A stretch of 64,000 bases of DNA from a virus (lineage: Duplodnaviria; Caudoviricetes). Of this stretch, positions 8,862 to 18,962 are shown piece by piece (position 1 is the stretch's first letter; the number at the start of each line of letters is the position of its first letter). The notes beneath the pieces were generated by a model. The model saw nothing but the letters and a program-made list of their open reading frames with translations. It ran no database searches and had not been told where the DNA came from. The stretch lies in IMG/VR virus record IMGVR_UViG_3300013830_000006, positions 31,577-95,576 of that record; one strand, written 5' to 3'. The translations under genes and the position numbers were made by a program.

Positions 8862-10976
8862 TTATCCAAGTATACTACAAATCTTATTTACAAATCCTTT
8901 GATATTATCAAATACATCTTCGTTATTATCAATAGCTCTGTTAAATTTCTTATCTATCTCTTTGGATACTTCTCTGTGTTTTTCGCTATCTTCTACTTTA
9001 ATACCAGATACTATTTCATCGAATTGCTCTTTACTCCATTGTACGATATCTTCGAGATGAGTTGAAAGATTAGGTACACCATCAGTATCAAGCATGACTG
9101 AAATAATATTGACTACTGAAGCATCCTGTCCTATTCGCCATACTCGGTCTTCTGCCTGTGATACCATAGCCTGTCTCCAGGGTTTACCAACGAATATAAC
9201 TGTGTTAGCTTCAATGATGGTATGCCCTGCTCCCATAACCTGTACCGAGCAGACCAATGGATTAAGAGTTTTATCCTTTTTAAACTTATCCAATATCATC
9301 TTGGCATCTCTGGAATTAGAACCATTGATAAGAACCGGATTAAGATTCCAGGATTTGCATTTAGCCATAGCTATATCGAGTACATCATTTTGAGTCGAGA
9401 AGATAATAGTCTTCTTTTCAGCTTCAACTATAATCTGATGTACTTCTTCTCCTATCAGGTTAGAATACATTTCAGCACGTAACCCACTAAGTACAGTGCC
9501 TAATGTTTCACCCATACATTTAAGTAAATAGTATCTATAGACGCTCTTACTTTCTCTGAAAGGTCTACGTAAATGTACTGGAAGATTTGGTATGATAACA
9601 TCATTTTCATATTTGTTAACTGAAATTATCATCTCACCAGTACGTCCGCCCATTACGGCTAACATAGAAGTAATGTTCTTGGATTTAATTTTCTCTACAT
9701 CATTTCTATATCGTTCATAACGATTTTTATCTGTCTTAGAAACTAATGTCTTTTCAAATTCTTTAAGGCAATCTTTATATTGCTTTTCATACTTATCAAA
9801 ATTCTTTTGATAGTAATCTACTCTTTGCTTGAAATAGTTTACACAGGCTAATTTAACTTCATCGTTAGTATACTTTTTACCTTCAGGTATTTTAATCATA
9901 ATGTCTTTATGAACTTTCTCTGGAAGTTCTGGCATGATCTCAGATGCTTCTTTACGATAAGTTACTGTACCTAAGCGGTGATGCACTAACTCATTCATGA
10001 CATTAGGAAAACGGCCTAATGATTTTAAAATATCTTCTACAACAGGTGTATAAAAATCATCTAATAAACTAAAAATAGGCATAGCCTCAAGAGTAGTAGC
10101 AAATACTGGAGTACCACTCATTAACAGAATATCATTGCATTTGAATAATGAAGTAAATTTAATCAGTTCCTGAGTACGCTTGGATTTAATGTCTTTATAG
10201 TTATGACATTCATCTACTATAATGATAGTGTCTTCAGGCTTAAATTTACTTATAATGATTTCTTCCAATTTAGCTACACTTTCATAGTTAGTTATAACTA
10301 CATCAGTATCTGCTTTAATCTTGGAATAATCATCTTTAGCACCTACTACTTTTTTCTTTTTGACAAAAGTATTTTCTATCTCCTGAGGCCAGGAATTTAA
10401 TGCTACTGATAATGGCGCTATGATAAGAATATGTTTCTTCTTAAGACAACCAGCTAAACTTAACGATGTAAAACTCTTACCCGCTCCTTGTGGCAATGCG
10501 AGGAGATATCCTTTTAAATGATACTGAGTTTTCTTTTGGCAATACACATTCTGAATAAAATCTAACTGATAAGGTCTTGGATTACGTTTGATTTCTTTGC
10601 CAAATATTTTAACATCGCAAATTGTTGGTACAATATCTTTGGTAGATGCATACCAGGTATTAGCATATAATCCGTCTAATACCTGATTATATTGTTTAGC
10701 TGAAATATAATAATTACGTACACACTGATTTAAAATAAACACTATTTCAGGTATAAAGAATTGCGGTATATTAATTGTACCAAACATAGACATAGCAAAA
10801 AATCTATTAGCGAATCCAGGTGACTGATACAAATCCTTGAACATGTTAATAAGACGATTAACATTAATTCCTTTAATACTTACAATATCTTTCTTAGAGT
10901 CATATGTTACTCCAACCACTCCTAAGGCTGACCATAAGCTTTCTACATATGGATTGCCCAATACTGATTCAGTCAT
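8862..10976 (-). CDS. SNF2-type (SF2) helicase
   Basis: QGAGKS, VDECH, MSGTP and QAEDRVWRIGQ motifs. Confidence 0.88.
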   Translation of the reverse strand: MTESVLGNPYVESLWSALGVVGVTYDSKKDIVSIKGINVNRLINMFKDLYQSPGFANRFFAMSMFGTINIPQFFIPEIVFILNQCVRNYYISAKQYNQVLDGLYANTWYASTKDIVPTICDVKIFGKEIKRNPRPYQLDFIQNVYCQKKTQYHLKGYLLALPQGAGKSFTSLSLAGCLKKKHILIIAPLSVALNSWPQEIENTFVKKKKVVGAKDDYSKIKADTDVVITNYESVAKLEEIIISKFKPEDTIIIVDECHNYKDIKSKRTQELIKFTSLFKCNDILLMSGTPVFATTLEAMPIFSLLDDFYTPVVEDILKSLGRFPNVMNELVHHRLGTVTYRKEASEIMPELPEKVHKDIMIKIPEGKKYTNDEVKLACVNYFKQRVDYYQKNFDKYEKQYKDCLKEFEKTLVSKTDKNRYERYRNDVEKIKSKNITSMLAVMGGRTGEMIISVNKYENDVIIPNLPVHLRRPFRESKSVYRYYLLKCMGETLGTVLSGLRAEMYSNLIGEEVHQIIVEAEKKTIIFSTQNDVLDIAMAKCKSWNLNPVLINGSNSRDAKMILDKFKKDKTLNPLVCSVQVMGAGHTIIEANTVIFVGKPWRQAMVSQAEDRVWRIGQDASVVNIISVMLDTDGVPNLSTHLEDIVQWSKEQFDEIVSGIKVEDSEKHREVSKEIDKKFNRAIDNNEDVFDNIKGFVNKICSILG

Positions 10977-11083
10977 CTTTGATTTCCTACAAAAAATAAG
11001 GTATCTATAGCATGTTAAATAAAAGGCCTCTGCATATTCTGCAGAAGCCTCCACTTCAATAATAGTTAAATTAATGATTTAAC

Positions 11084-11428
11084 TTATTCTCCAGGAAAAG
11101 GACCACCGCTAAATACGTGGTTCTTCCCAGCAGGATCGGTAATCACAATCTCACGATTATCATACGCACTGGCAACAGTGTACTCTCCCTCAGTAAGACG
11201 TGACATAATCCGTGCACAACGCTTAAGATACTTAAGCCACATATTACTTTCACGCCATTTCTGACGACATCCAACAAAAGCGCTAAGACTGGCGTCAAAG
11301 TCTTTAAGACCACCAAAATCAAGATAATGCATGTATCCAGTATCTGCCGAATCTGCGGCATTGACAGAACGCATAGCAGACTGCCACATAGCCTCTTTAA
11401 TCAGCGGTACCCACTTAGAATGTCTCAT
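11084..11428 (-). CDS. Hypothetical protein
   Basis: 114-aa ORF with GGAGG SD. Confidence 0.6.
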   Translation of the reverse strand: MRHSKWVPLIKEAMWQSAMRSVNAADSADTGYMHYLDFGGLKDFDASLSAFVGCRQKWRESNMWLKYLKRCARIMSRLTEGEYTVASAYDNREIVITDPAGKNHVFSGGPFPGE

Positions 11429-11440
11429 TATTGGTTCCTC

Positions 11441-11776
11441 CTATTTGACTTTGGGTTTTCTATATTCTCCGGATGCGTTAGCTATGATCCTATCCATCGC
11501 ATCCTTAAACTCAGGATCATATTTGCATAATGTATGATACACTAAGTCTGAACACGAAGAAGGTATTTCTCGTATCTTCTTATTTATGAATCGTTCCCTA
11601 GCAATTTTTATAGCTCTTCTTGCATCCTCCTTATCTCTAGGTGGTTTGATAAATGCATACGATTGACCATCAAATACGCATTTCCCACGACCATATACTT
11701 CCAGAAAGTAATACGTAGCAAATATTGTTGCTACAATTGCTACCAGCATAACTAATATGCATGCTAAAATGCTCAT
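11441..11776 (-). CDS. Hypothetical membrane-anchored protein
   Basis: N-terminal hydrophobic helix; GAGG SD. Confidence 0.6.
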   Translation of the reverse strand: MSILACILVMLVAIVATIFATYYFLEVYGRGKCVFDGQSYAFIKPPRDKEDARRAIKIARERFINKKIREIPSSCSDLVYHTLCKYDPEFKDAMDRIIANASGEYRKPKVK

Positions 11777-11862
11777 GATTACCTCATAATAAAGAGACGC
11801 TACATATTGCGGTAGCGTCTCCCGTATTTACTGCTCAGATTTAAATCCACATTTTCAATACG

Positions 11863-13203
11863 TTAAATACAACCATTATTATTGTTATTGTACCAGGTTA
11901 CGTATGCATTACGATGCGTATCAAAAATATGATACATTGCATCGTTCATTAGTCTACCTAATTCCATTGATACAAGAAGTACATCCGTTTCATACATCTT
12001 GGATGAACATGTCTTCTCAATCTTTCGAATTAAGTTATACCGTTCATCAGGTGTCATCTGAGTTTCAAAACTCAAAGCTTTATCAAACTGCTTTAGTGCA
12101 CGTGCTCGCAGATAATCGATATTAGCAGTATCAATAAATTCATCGAGAGGTTTACATCTGCCTCTAAAGAATGCACCGCCAAAAGACAAATATCCTGAAT
12201 TGCAACCACCAGGAAGCACACAGGATGCACCGCATTTATCGAGCATATCATTTAACGTATCTACATAATTGTTACCATTTGCTACATCAAAACTCAGTTT
12301 GTCAATACCAACTAATCCGGCACGATTAGGAGTAACATCTAACGCAACTATCGGATTAAGAAGATACTCGGCAATAAATTTGCGAACATCATCATCGGTA
12401 TCGCAATATTCTCTAGCTTCTGAAGTTACTAAATTCTTTAAAGAATATGCTTTATCTATAATCCAAGGAGTATACCAATTACCCATAGTAACAAACCATC
12501 TGATCGCTGCTGCGATGTAGAAGATAAGTGCACTGAGCGATGGATACAATGCAGTAATCTCAGAAATATGAATAACCGGAATAAACCGCAATACAGGATT
12601 TGCTACTGGAACAAAATCAGTATAAGCACCAATCAATACAACAGGAATATCTGCTTCTTTACCGTGATCATCTTTACTCTTATCATAAAGAACCAGAGTA
12701 GAATCATGCCTAAGAGCTAACTTATGAGGATTGTATGTATCATACAGTCTTTCATAAGTATCGTGGTCCCCGTTAAATATCAGATTCATACTGTTGATGT
12801 TGTATCTAACATGGTCAGGTTCATTGACTACTCTGAAAAGTGCAGCCAGATATCTGGCCATTGCTTCATACTTAGAAAAATCTTCCGGAAAGATTCTAAT
12901 AGCTTTTATCAAAGTACCAATCTTAACAGGAGAATCTTCTTTGGTTAATTTGTTCGCAACGTTATCGGCAAAACCAGCATTGTCAATATCATCCATGCAA
13001 ACCAGTACAACAGAATGATTGTTCTCATCACTGACAATAATGTCATCATCAGTAAATGAAATTGAATGTATGGTTGTTACAGTAAGCTTATCGTTGAATC
13101 TGTGAAGATTACCGGTAAGATTAGCAACATAAGTCGGAAAATTCGGATCATAGCTTACCTCATTATCAGCTATGATAAGCTCAGAAAAGCTTTTAACATT
13201 CAT
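11863..13203 (-). CDS. Chimallin-like paralog (second ChmA-family protein)
   Basis: Collinear motif matches to 33986..35590: PHKLALRHDSTLVLY/PHAVPLRHDISLVMY, FIPVIHISEI/FVPFVHISEI, PIVALDVTPNRAGLVGID/PVFVLDVTEGRASINGIE, YETDVLLV/YRTDVVVL. Confidence 0.8.
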   Translation of the reverse strand: MNVKSFSELIIADNEVSYDPNFPTYVANLTGNLHRFNDKLTVTTIHSISFTDDDIIVSDENNHSVVLVCMDDIDNAGFADNVANKLTKEDSPVKIGTLIKAIRIFPEDFSKYEAMARYLAALFRVVNEPDHVRYNINSMNLIFNGDHDTYERLYDTYNPHKLALRHDSTLVLYDKSKDDHGKEADIPVVLIGAYTDFVPVANPVLRFIPVIHISEITALYPSLSALIFYIAAAIRWFVTMGNWYTPWIIDKAYSLKNLVTSEAREYCDTDDDVRKFIAEYLLNPIVALDVTPNRAGLVGIDKLSFDVANGNNYVDTLNDMLDKCGASCVLPGGCNSGYLSFGGAFFRGRCKPLDEFIDTANIDYLRARALKQFDKALSFETQMTPDERYNLIRKIEKTCSSKMYETDVLLVSMELGRLMNDAMYHIFDTHRNAYVTWYNNNNNGCI

Positions 13204-13265
13204 GATTTAGTCTCCTAGAAAAGGTACTATAATTTCATATAGTACCCTGATTAAATTAATATAGT

Positions 13266-15248
13266 TTACTGCTCAGATTTAAATCCTACAAATACATCAA
13301 AAGGTGATCTCTGCTTTGGACTGGTATAAGTATTGGGATCTCTGATGTAACTTGTAAGGTTCTCAAATGCCAGTTTGGTTCCTACATGTCTGTGATTCAG
13401 AATCTCGTTCATGGTTCCAAATTCAACATGATTAGGATCTTCGACCATAGGTATCTGATACTGATCATTTGCCCTGCTTGTAATTTCATACGCTTTAAGC
13501 AATGTCTCGAGATGCACAATATTCACACTGCACTTACTGTACACTATATCGGAAAATGCCTTAAGCGCTTCAGTACAAGTCTTCATGTTGCGAATACTTT
13601 TCTTTGACTTTTTATCCTCCTTATCTCCACCTCCTAAGAACGATGATACTGATGATACATAATCAATCATGTTATCGTTGACAACAATGGTCTTAAGAAT
13701 AGGGATATCTTTAGTACCGATAATAGGTATCCAGATAATTCCATTCTTGGTTTCGATATCATCCATGTGATCACGAATGTAAATAAGTAACTCTTTACTT
13801 AAGAACGGAGTCTGCTTATTCTGCACCAGATCATATTTACCTTTGACTGTATTGCCTTCTCTAAGGAATACTGAACTAAGACAAGACATCTCCTGTTCAG
13901 ATATATCCTGTCCATCTCTAATAAGTCTGACATCGCCAAGACCAGAAAAATCCTGAGCTAATATTCCAAAATACCAAGGCTTGATACGTTTGAATACATC
14001 TGGTTTCCAATGATATTCAACAGTATCGATACAATCAAAATACTGTAGTAACTCAGGGTTCATATTGTATAAAATTGAAAGTGTCTTAATCAGATGCTTA
14101 GCTGACAAGATCTTCTGAGTTACCGGTTCAACAGTAGTTATTGCTGATAATATACCGATAAGTATCTTACGGTTGATATTTGCTAATACCGAGCCTCCGC
14201 AAACTTCGCATACTCCATTTCTGAATCTGCAAGTCATAGGACTGCGCATTTCAACATTCTTGTTCAGATAGTTGACGATATTCTTTTCAGTCAGTAATAC
14301 TAACTTACCATTATCAACAATGAACTTACCGATAAAGTTCCTATAATTTCCTTCAACTCCTCTTTTCTTATCATCCCCTGTTATCAGGAAAGTTACATAC
14401 GCAGTAGAACCACAATCTCCTTTATACAAATGCGCTACACTTGATGAAAGAAGATGCTGTTTTCTGCCGAAATACTGAGAGCTCCTTACTGCGTTTCTAT
14501 TGTAGAACGCCGACTTCTTAGCCGACAATGCCTCAATAGCAAATTCCTGAATATCTCTGGTTCCATCAATCGCACTTCCTATTACCGGTTTGCGAATAAT
14601 AGAATCATCAACATCGGTACGTACGCCGAACGCATATACAGTTTGCGGTACCTGGAATTTGTTCAGCTGTCCAATTAACTGATAAGGCAGTAATGCTTCA
14701 TTCTTCAATGCGCCAGGAGTACCCATGATATTCATGATTTTCTTGCGTTCATCTTCAATGAAGTCTTCTACTTTATCAGTAGGCCAGGAATCAGTTATCG
14801 CATATTTGGTATCTAACTCTTTCTTCATAACCGGATCAGTAGCTATTTCAGCCATGTCGATTATATCGATAGTACCTACATACGAAAGCAGATTATTGAA
14901 ACACATGTTGTACAACTTCTGATACGAATTCATAATGATGTGCTTCAATCTCTTGGCGTAGTTAAAGTTGATTCCCATAATCTCGGTATAATACCGATCA
15001 AGAACCTTTACCAGCATTCCTTTATTAAGAGGGACTCGCTTGATAAAATGATCTTTCCTGATAGGAATATCAAACTCTGTCAGAATAGGAAAGCAAAATA
15101 AGTTGAAGAACGCCTGACGCTTTCCAACTTTAATCTTACCATCCGAAAGTTCCAAGATAACCTTACCAGTTAATGCATCCGGATCTTTGGCAAGGCTATC
15201 AAGGAAGTTCGGATCAAGTATTTGTTGCATGGTCCAAACTTCGTCCAT
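13266..15248 (-). CDS. Non-virion RNA polymerase beta'-like C-terminal subunit (phiKZ gp74-like)
   Basis: SQYFGRK bridge-helix region, DCGS, RSPMTC...VCEVCGG zinc site, EPVTQKILSAKH trigger-loop region. Confidence 0.88.
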   Translation of the reverse strand: MDEVWTMQQILDPNFLDSLAKDPDALTGKVILELSDGKIKVGKRQAFFNLFCFPILTEFDIPIRKDHFIKRVPLNKGMLVKVLDRYYTEIMGINFNYAKRLKHIIMNSYQKLYNMCFNNLLSYVGTIDIIDMAEIATDPVMKKELDTKYAITDSWPTDKVEDFIEDERKKIMNIMGTPGALKNEALLPYQLIGQLNKFQVPQTVYAFGVRTDVDDSIIRKPVIGSAIDGTRDIQEFAIEALSAKKSAFYNRNAVRSSQYFGRKQHLLSSSVAHLYKGDCGSTAYVTFLITGDDKKRGVEGNYRNFIGKFIVDNGKLVLLTEKNIVNYLNKNVEMRSPMTCRFRNGVCEVCGGSVLANINRKILIGILSAITTVEPVTQKILSAKHLIKTLSILYNMNPELLQYFDCIDTVEYHWKPDVFKRIKPWYFGILAQDFSGLGDVRLIRDGQDISEQEMSCLSSVFLREGNTVKGKYDLVQNKQTPFLSKELLIYIRDHMDDIETKNGIIWIPIIGTKDIPILKTIVVNDNMIDYVSSVSSFLGGGDKEDKKSKKSIRNMKTCTEALKAFSDIVYSKCSVNIVHLETLLKAYEITSRANDQYQIPMVEDPNHVEFGTMNEILNHRHVGTKLAFENLTSYIRDPNTYTSPKQRSPFDVFVGFKSEQ

Positions 15249-15250
15249 TT

Positions 15251-17365
15251 TTACTCCTCATCTTCTGGACTAACATCAACACCAAACGTACTGAAGATAT
15301 GTTTGGCAACTCCGACGATACCATTACTCTTAATCATCTCATCAACAGTCATGTTGTCAATTCTCTTAAGAGTACCTGGTTTATCATCATTGAGCAAATG
15401 CCCAGCTAAATCATTCACAGCTTCAGGACTATTCGCATATTCGCAAAGTATCTTAGCTGCCGTATTAGCTCCTGCTACCATAACCAAATTCCTAACTTCA
15501 TCTTCACCTAATCTGAATGGTGTCTGATTAATCGGATATTGTTCCATGGCAGTCTTACTACCCTTCACCGGCGTACGATACTGATTGACGTGAGAAATAC
15601 CTGAGCCATGAGCATGAGGCATTTTATACAGCATCATCCAGTATTCATACCCAATCATTACCGGCTTTTTGGTCGTTACCCATTTTACTTCTCCGTTCTC
15701 ATCATACACTCCAAAGGTAACATTAGATTTATAGATGTTATATTTCTTGATAAGTTCCATCACTTTATTCTGATCAATACCTTTCTGGAATGGTACTATA
15801 TTCAGATAAATACCATCGTTAAGACAATCGTCAATAAACTCTCGTTGCTTCTCTGGAGTATCAGTCATATGCCTGATCTTATTACCATAATTCTCATTAA
15901 CATCAGTACAATAAGAAACGATCAGATCATAAGCTTGCTGATAATCATGCGTAGTTGCAATGATATCCTTAACTCTCTGGATGATTAATTCTGATCCTCT
16001 ATTGAAGAACTGTTCATACCACTGAGCAGGATTCATTCGGTTGAATACTGAAATAGGGTCAACAACTATATCGGCTCTCAGACCGTTTTCATCAACCGGC
16101 ATCATCTCATCAGGCATAACTATAGAAACCACTCCCTTATTTCCATAGCGTCCTGCAAGCTTATAACCGCACTGCAACTCCCTATCGTACATATAAGTTA
16201 TGGTCAGACTTATATACTCAACTACTTCCTTTTTAATTCTCGGCTTTACCTTTCTCCTACCTCCACCAGGAACATCTTCCAGAGGCTGATTATCAACTCT
16301 CAACCGATTATACGCTGCAGCTATCAAACCATTAAAATCAAACGTTAATGCCTTAGCACCAAAATGATGTTTAATGTCCTGATAAGTGTCATATATCTGT
16401 CTATAATACTTATCAAGCTGATCTCTGTACTTTTCGCACTGCGCGAATATAGCCTGAGACTGATAAACTGCTGAGTTAATAACTACATCAACATCTACTA
16501 TCTTAGCTCCTCTTGGCGCATAATACACTGCGTCATGCAAAGGCTGAACTATAGATAAGTTTTCAGCTGCCGTATCATAAATAAACGATTCAGCAGTAGG
16601 TCTTCTTAATGCACAGATGATACCATCGTCATTAACATATTCTCCTACATCAGGGAAGAATTTATATTCACCTTCTTCATTTCCATACAGATTAACTGGA
16701 ATCTGATCAATTTTGATATTGATAGTTACCTGTTCAATACCAGTTGTCCTGCATTTATTCGCTGCTGTCCTTGAGATGAGAAAAGCATCTTCTGTCACAT
16801 GCGGAAGTGACATATATGCTACTCTCAGATTAGTTCCGTAACAATACTTATTACCTTTATGACAAGGTGATGTTACCAATTTTTCTTCTTTGGGAATAAA
16901 TGTATTCTGATCGATATTACTATAGTTGATCTTTACATTAGGATACCCATATCCATCAGATCTGGCAGTAAAGTTATTTATATTGAAATAACCAAACTTC
17001 ACTTCGTTATTAGCATCTACGGTCTGATAAATTACTGTTGTCGTCGGATAATAGGTTAGAGGGTTAACACCATTATCGACATTGAACTTCAGAATGTTTC
17101 GTACAATAGTAACATCGGTATCTCTGTCAGTTGTAGATACCTCATACGAACCAATTTGTTTCTCATATCCAGTAAAGACATAAGGAAACTCACATCCTTT
17201 CAGTACCTGCCACTGAGAGATGTGATCGGAAAACATCTTGCCTCTCTGTGCTGATACATGATCAGGCATAGGATTGAGCAGCGTAGTTACACCTAACAGT
17301 CTTGGATCTGCCTTAACATTATTAAGATAAGACGACAAACTGCTGGCTGCTGATAATGTTGCCAT
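15251..17365 (-). CDS. Non-virion RNA polymerase beta-like C-terminal subunit (phiKZ gp71-73-like), uninterrupted
   Basis: EDAFLIS, GYKLAGRYGNKGVVS, NRMN and RLGEDE beta-subunit motifs. Confidence 0.92.
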   Translation of the reverse strand: MATLSAASSLSSYLNNVKADPRLLGVTTLLNPMPDHVSAQRGKMFSDHISQWQVLKGCEFPYVFTGYEKQIGSYEVSTTDRDTDVTIVRNILKFNVDNGVNPLTYYPTTTVIYQTVDANNEVKFGYFNINNFTARSDGYGYPNVKINYSNIDQNTFIPKEEKLVTSPCHKGNKYCYGTNLRVAYMSLPHVTEDAFLISRTAANKCRTTGIEQVTINIKIDQIPVNLYGNEEGEYKFFPDVGEYVNDDGIICALRRPTAESFIYDTAAENLSIVQPLHDAVYYAPRGAKIVDVDVVINSAVYQSQAIFAQCEKYRDQLDKYYRQIYDTYQDIKHHFGAKALTFDFNGLIAAAYNRLRVDNQPLEDVPGGGRRKVKPRIKKEVVEYISLTITYMYDRELQCGYKLAGRYGNKGVVSIVMPDEMMPVDENGLRADIVVDPISVFNRMNPAQWYEQFFNRGSELIIQRVKDIIATTHDYQQAYDLIVSYCTDVNENYGNKIRHMTDTPEKQREFIDDCLNDGIYLNIVPFQKGIDQNKVMELIKKYNIYKSNVTFGVYDENGEVKWVTTKKPVMIGYEYWMMLYKMPHAHGSGISHVNQYRTPVKGSKTAMEQYPINQTPFRLGEDEVRNLVMVAGANTAAKILCEYANSPEAVNDLAGHLLNDDKPGTLKRIDNMTVDEMIKSNGIVGVAKHIFSTFGVDVSPEDEE

Positions 17366-17401
17366 AGTTTGAGAACACCTCCTATTAAAGTACGCATATA
17401 A

Positions 17402-17411
17402 GTAATATATA
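17402..17411 (-). promoter_or_regulatory. Early promoter motif TATATATTAC
   Basis: Contains the phiKZ early consensus TATATTAC, upstream of the nvRNAP beta gene. Confidence 0.7.
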
Positions 17412-17452
17412 CTTATATGTTAAATGAGTTATTAAGTTAAGGAAGAAAATAA

Positions 17453-17833
17453 ATGAGTGAATTACTTATAAGCAATTCTGATTCAAATACAGGTTATGGT
17501 TCGCATGTAGCGTATAAATTAAATCAGGAGATACTGAACGATAGTACTGAATCGTGGATTCAGTATCTCAGAGATCACAGATCTTTAATCAAAGAGCATT
17601 CTGACCATATTGACATTGATGGCGAAACTATTCATAAATTCAAATACCGTATTCGCAAATATCTTTATAACATCAACATGTCATACGAAGAGTTAGAATT
17701 AGCTTTCAGAATAGTAAACAGATTAAACAACGATCGTGATTTTAATGAAGAAATAACAGAAGTGTATTTACCACGTTACAACTATATAGTTGAATTAAGA
17801 AAAATGTATGTTACTGTGCAGAGCCAGATTTAA
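17453..17833 (+). CDS. Hypothetical protein
   Basis: 126-aa ORF with AAGGA SD. Confidence 0.6.
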   Translation: MSELLISNSDSNTGYGSHVAYKLNQEILNDSTESWIQYLRDHRSLIKEHSDHIDIDGETIHKFKYRIRKYLYNINMSYEELELAFRIVNRLNNDRDFNEEITEVYLPRYNYIVELRKMYVTVQSQI

Positions 17834-18401
17834 CGATAGTTGGTTCTATATTTGTAATCTTAGTAGTGGCTCCATCAATCTCGCCATCAAGTACTGTTTG
17901 AACTAACTGTAAAAATGGAGCCCATGGTACCTGAGCTAACAGATTAGTCCAGTCTTCTTTAGTTGGAATAGGTTGATCATTAATAGTTTTAGGTAATCCA
18001 TAAATCATTCCATATAAAAATTTGCCAATAAAAGTTCTGATAACTTCAGTTGGTACTTCTATATAAATATTAGCAATAGTATCAAAAAATCTACTGCCCG
18101 AATGACTGAATTCGGTGTCCTTCATAGTCTGAAGAAGAATATCCCAATATGAAGGAAATGGCAAAAATTTAACATCAATATTTCTTAGAGAGTAAGATAA
18201 AGAACTCTCTATAGGTCTTCCCACATCAGTTATAAGCTTAAGATCCTGAAGTATCCATCTGGCGATGAGATTCTTCATGGTTTCAAGACCTTTCTCATAC
18301 ACTTCGTTGTTCTCAATAACAACAGGATACATCACACCATCTTCCAGCATAACACCTGTCATTACCGAATCAATTAATCCTGATTTTCTAAAAGGCCACA
18401 T
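17811..18401 (-). CDS. Hypothetical protein
   Basis: Start placed at MWPFRK (GAGG SD), downstream of the terminator hairpin at about 18461..18491. Confidence 0.55.
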   Translation of the reverse strand: MWPFRKSGLIDSVMTGVMLEDGVMYPVVIENNEVYEKGLETMKNLIARWILQDLKLITDVGRPIESSLSYSLRNIDVKFLPFPSYWDILLQTMKDTEFSHSGSRFFDTIANIYIEVPTEVIRTFIGKFLYGMIYGLPKTINDQPIPTKEDWTNLLAQVPWAPFLQLVQTVLDGEIDGATTKITNIEPTIVKSGSAQ

Positions 18402-18651
18402 ATAAAATCCTCTATCAGTGAAATACAAATTATTATTTTGATGTATAAAAACAAAAATAAACCCACACACATAACTGGCAATGTGTGGGTTCAGGAGATG
18501 ATTGACCTTTTCATTCAAACGTTTAACTGTATCGAAAAAATCATCTCCCAAAGATAAGTCCATGTATGGCAAACACGGACTTGTGGGTGTGTAAACCGTC
18601 ATATGCTATTCAGGTCTACATCTTGATAATATAGATTTGAAAATCTATTGG

Positions 18652-18960
18652 TTATTCTTCAATTTGACAAGTATCACATCCGGTTACAATAACGTGACTG
18701 CCACTATTGCAATTACCGGATACTTTACTTCCCACCATAGCTACTGCTATTCCATTTATTTTAATAAATGAACTTCCTTCGGTAATATAAGGAGTATGTG
18801 TACCATGCTTAGGTTTGCTATGCGGTTTACATTTAGATCCTACTACCGCAACTGGTATACCGTTGCATGTTACAAAGTCACTTCCTTCGATTACCGGCAC
18901 TGCTGGAAATCCATCATGACCACTGGTCATACTTCCGACAACTGCTATACTTCTTCCCAT
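18652..18960 (-). CDS. PAAR-domain spike tip protein
   Basis: Repeated NGIPVAVVGS/NGIAVAMVGS units, GSSFIKING, His/Cys metal ligands. Confidence 0.88.
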   Translation of the reverse strand: MGRSIAVVGSMTSGHDGFPAVPVIEGSDFVTCNGIPVAVVGSKCKPHSKPKHGTHTPYITEGSSFIKINGIAVAMVGSKVSGNCNSGSHVIVTGCDTCQIEE

Positions 18961-18962
18961 GA

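Noticed and set aside
15251-17365. Intron or intein in the nvRNAP beta subunit, as in phiKZ gp71-73
   Set aside because: The ORF is continuous with the expected motifs and no intein signatures
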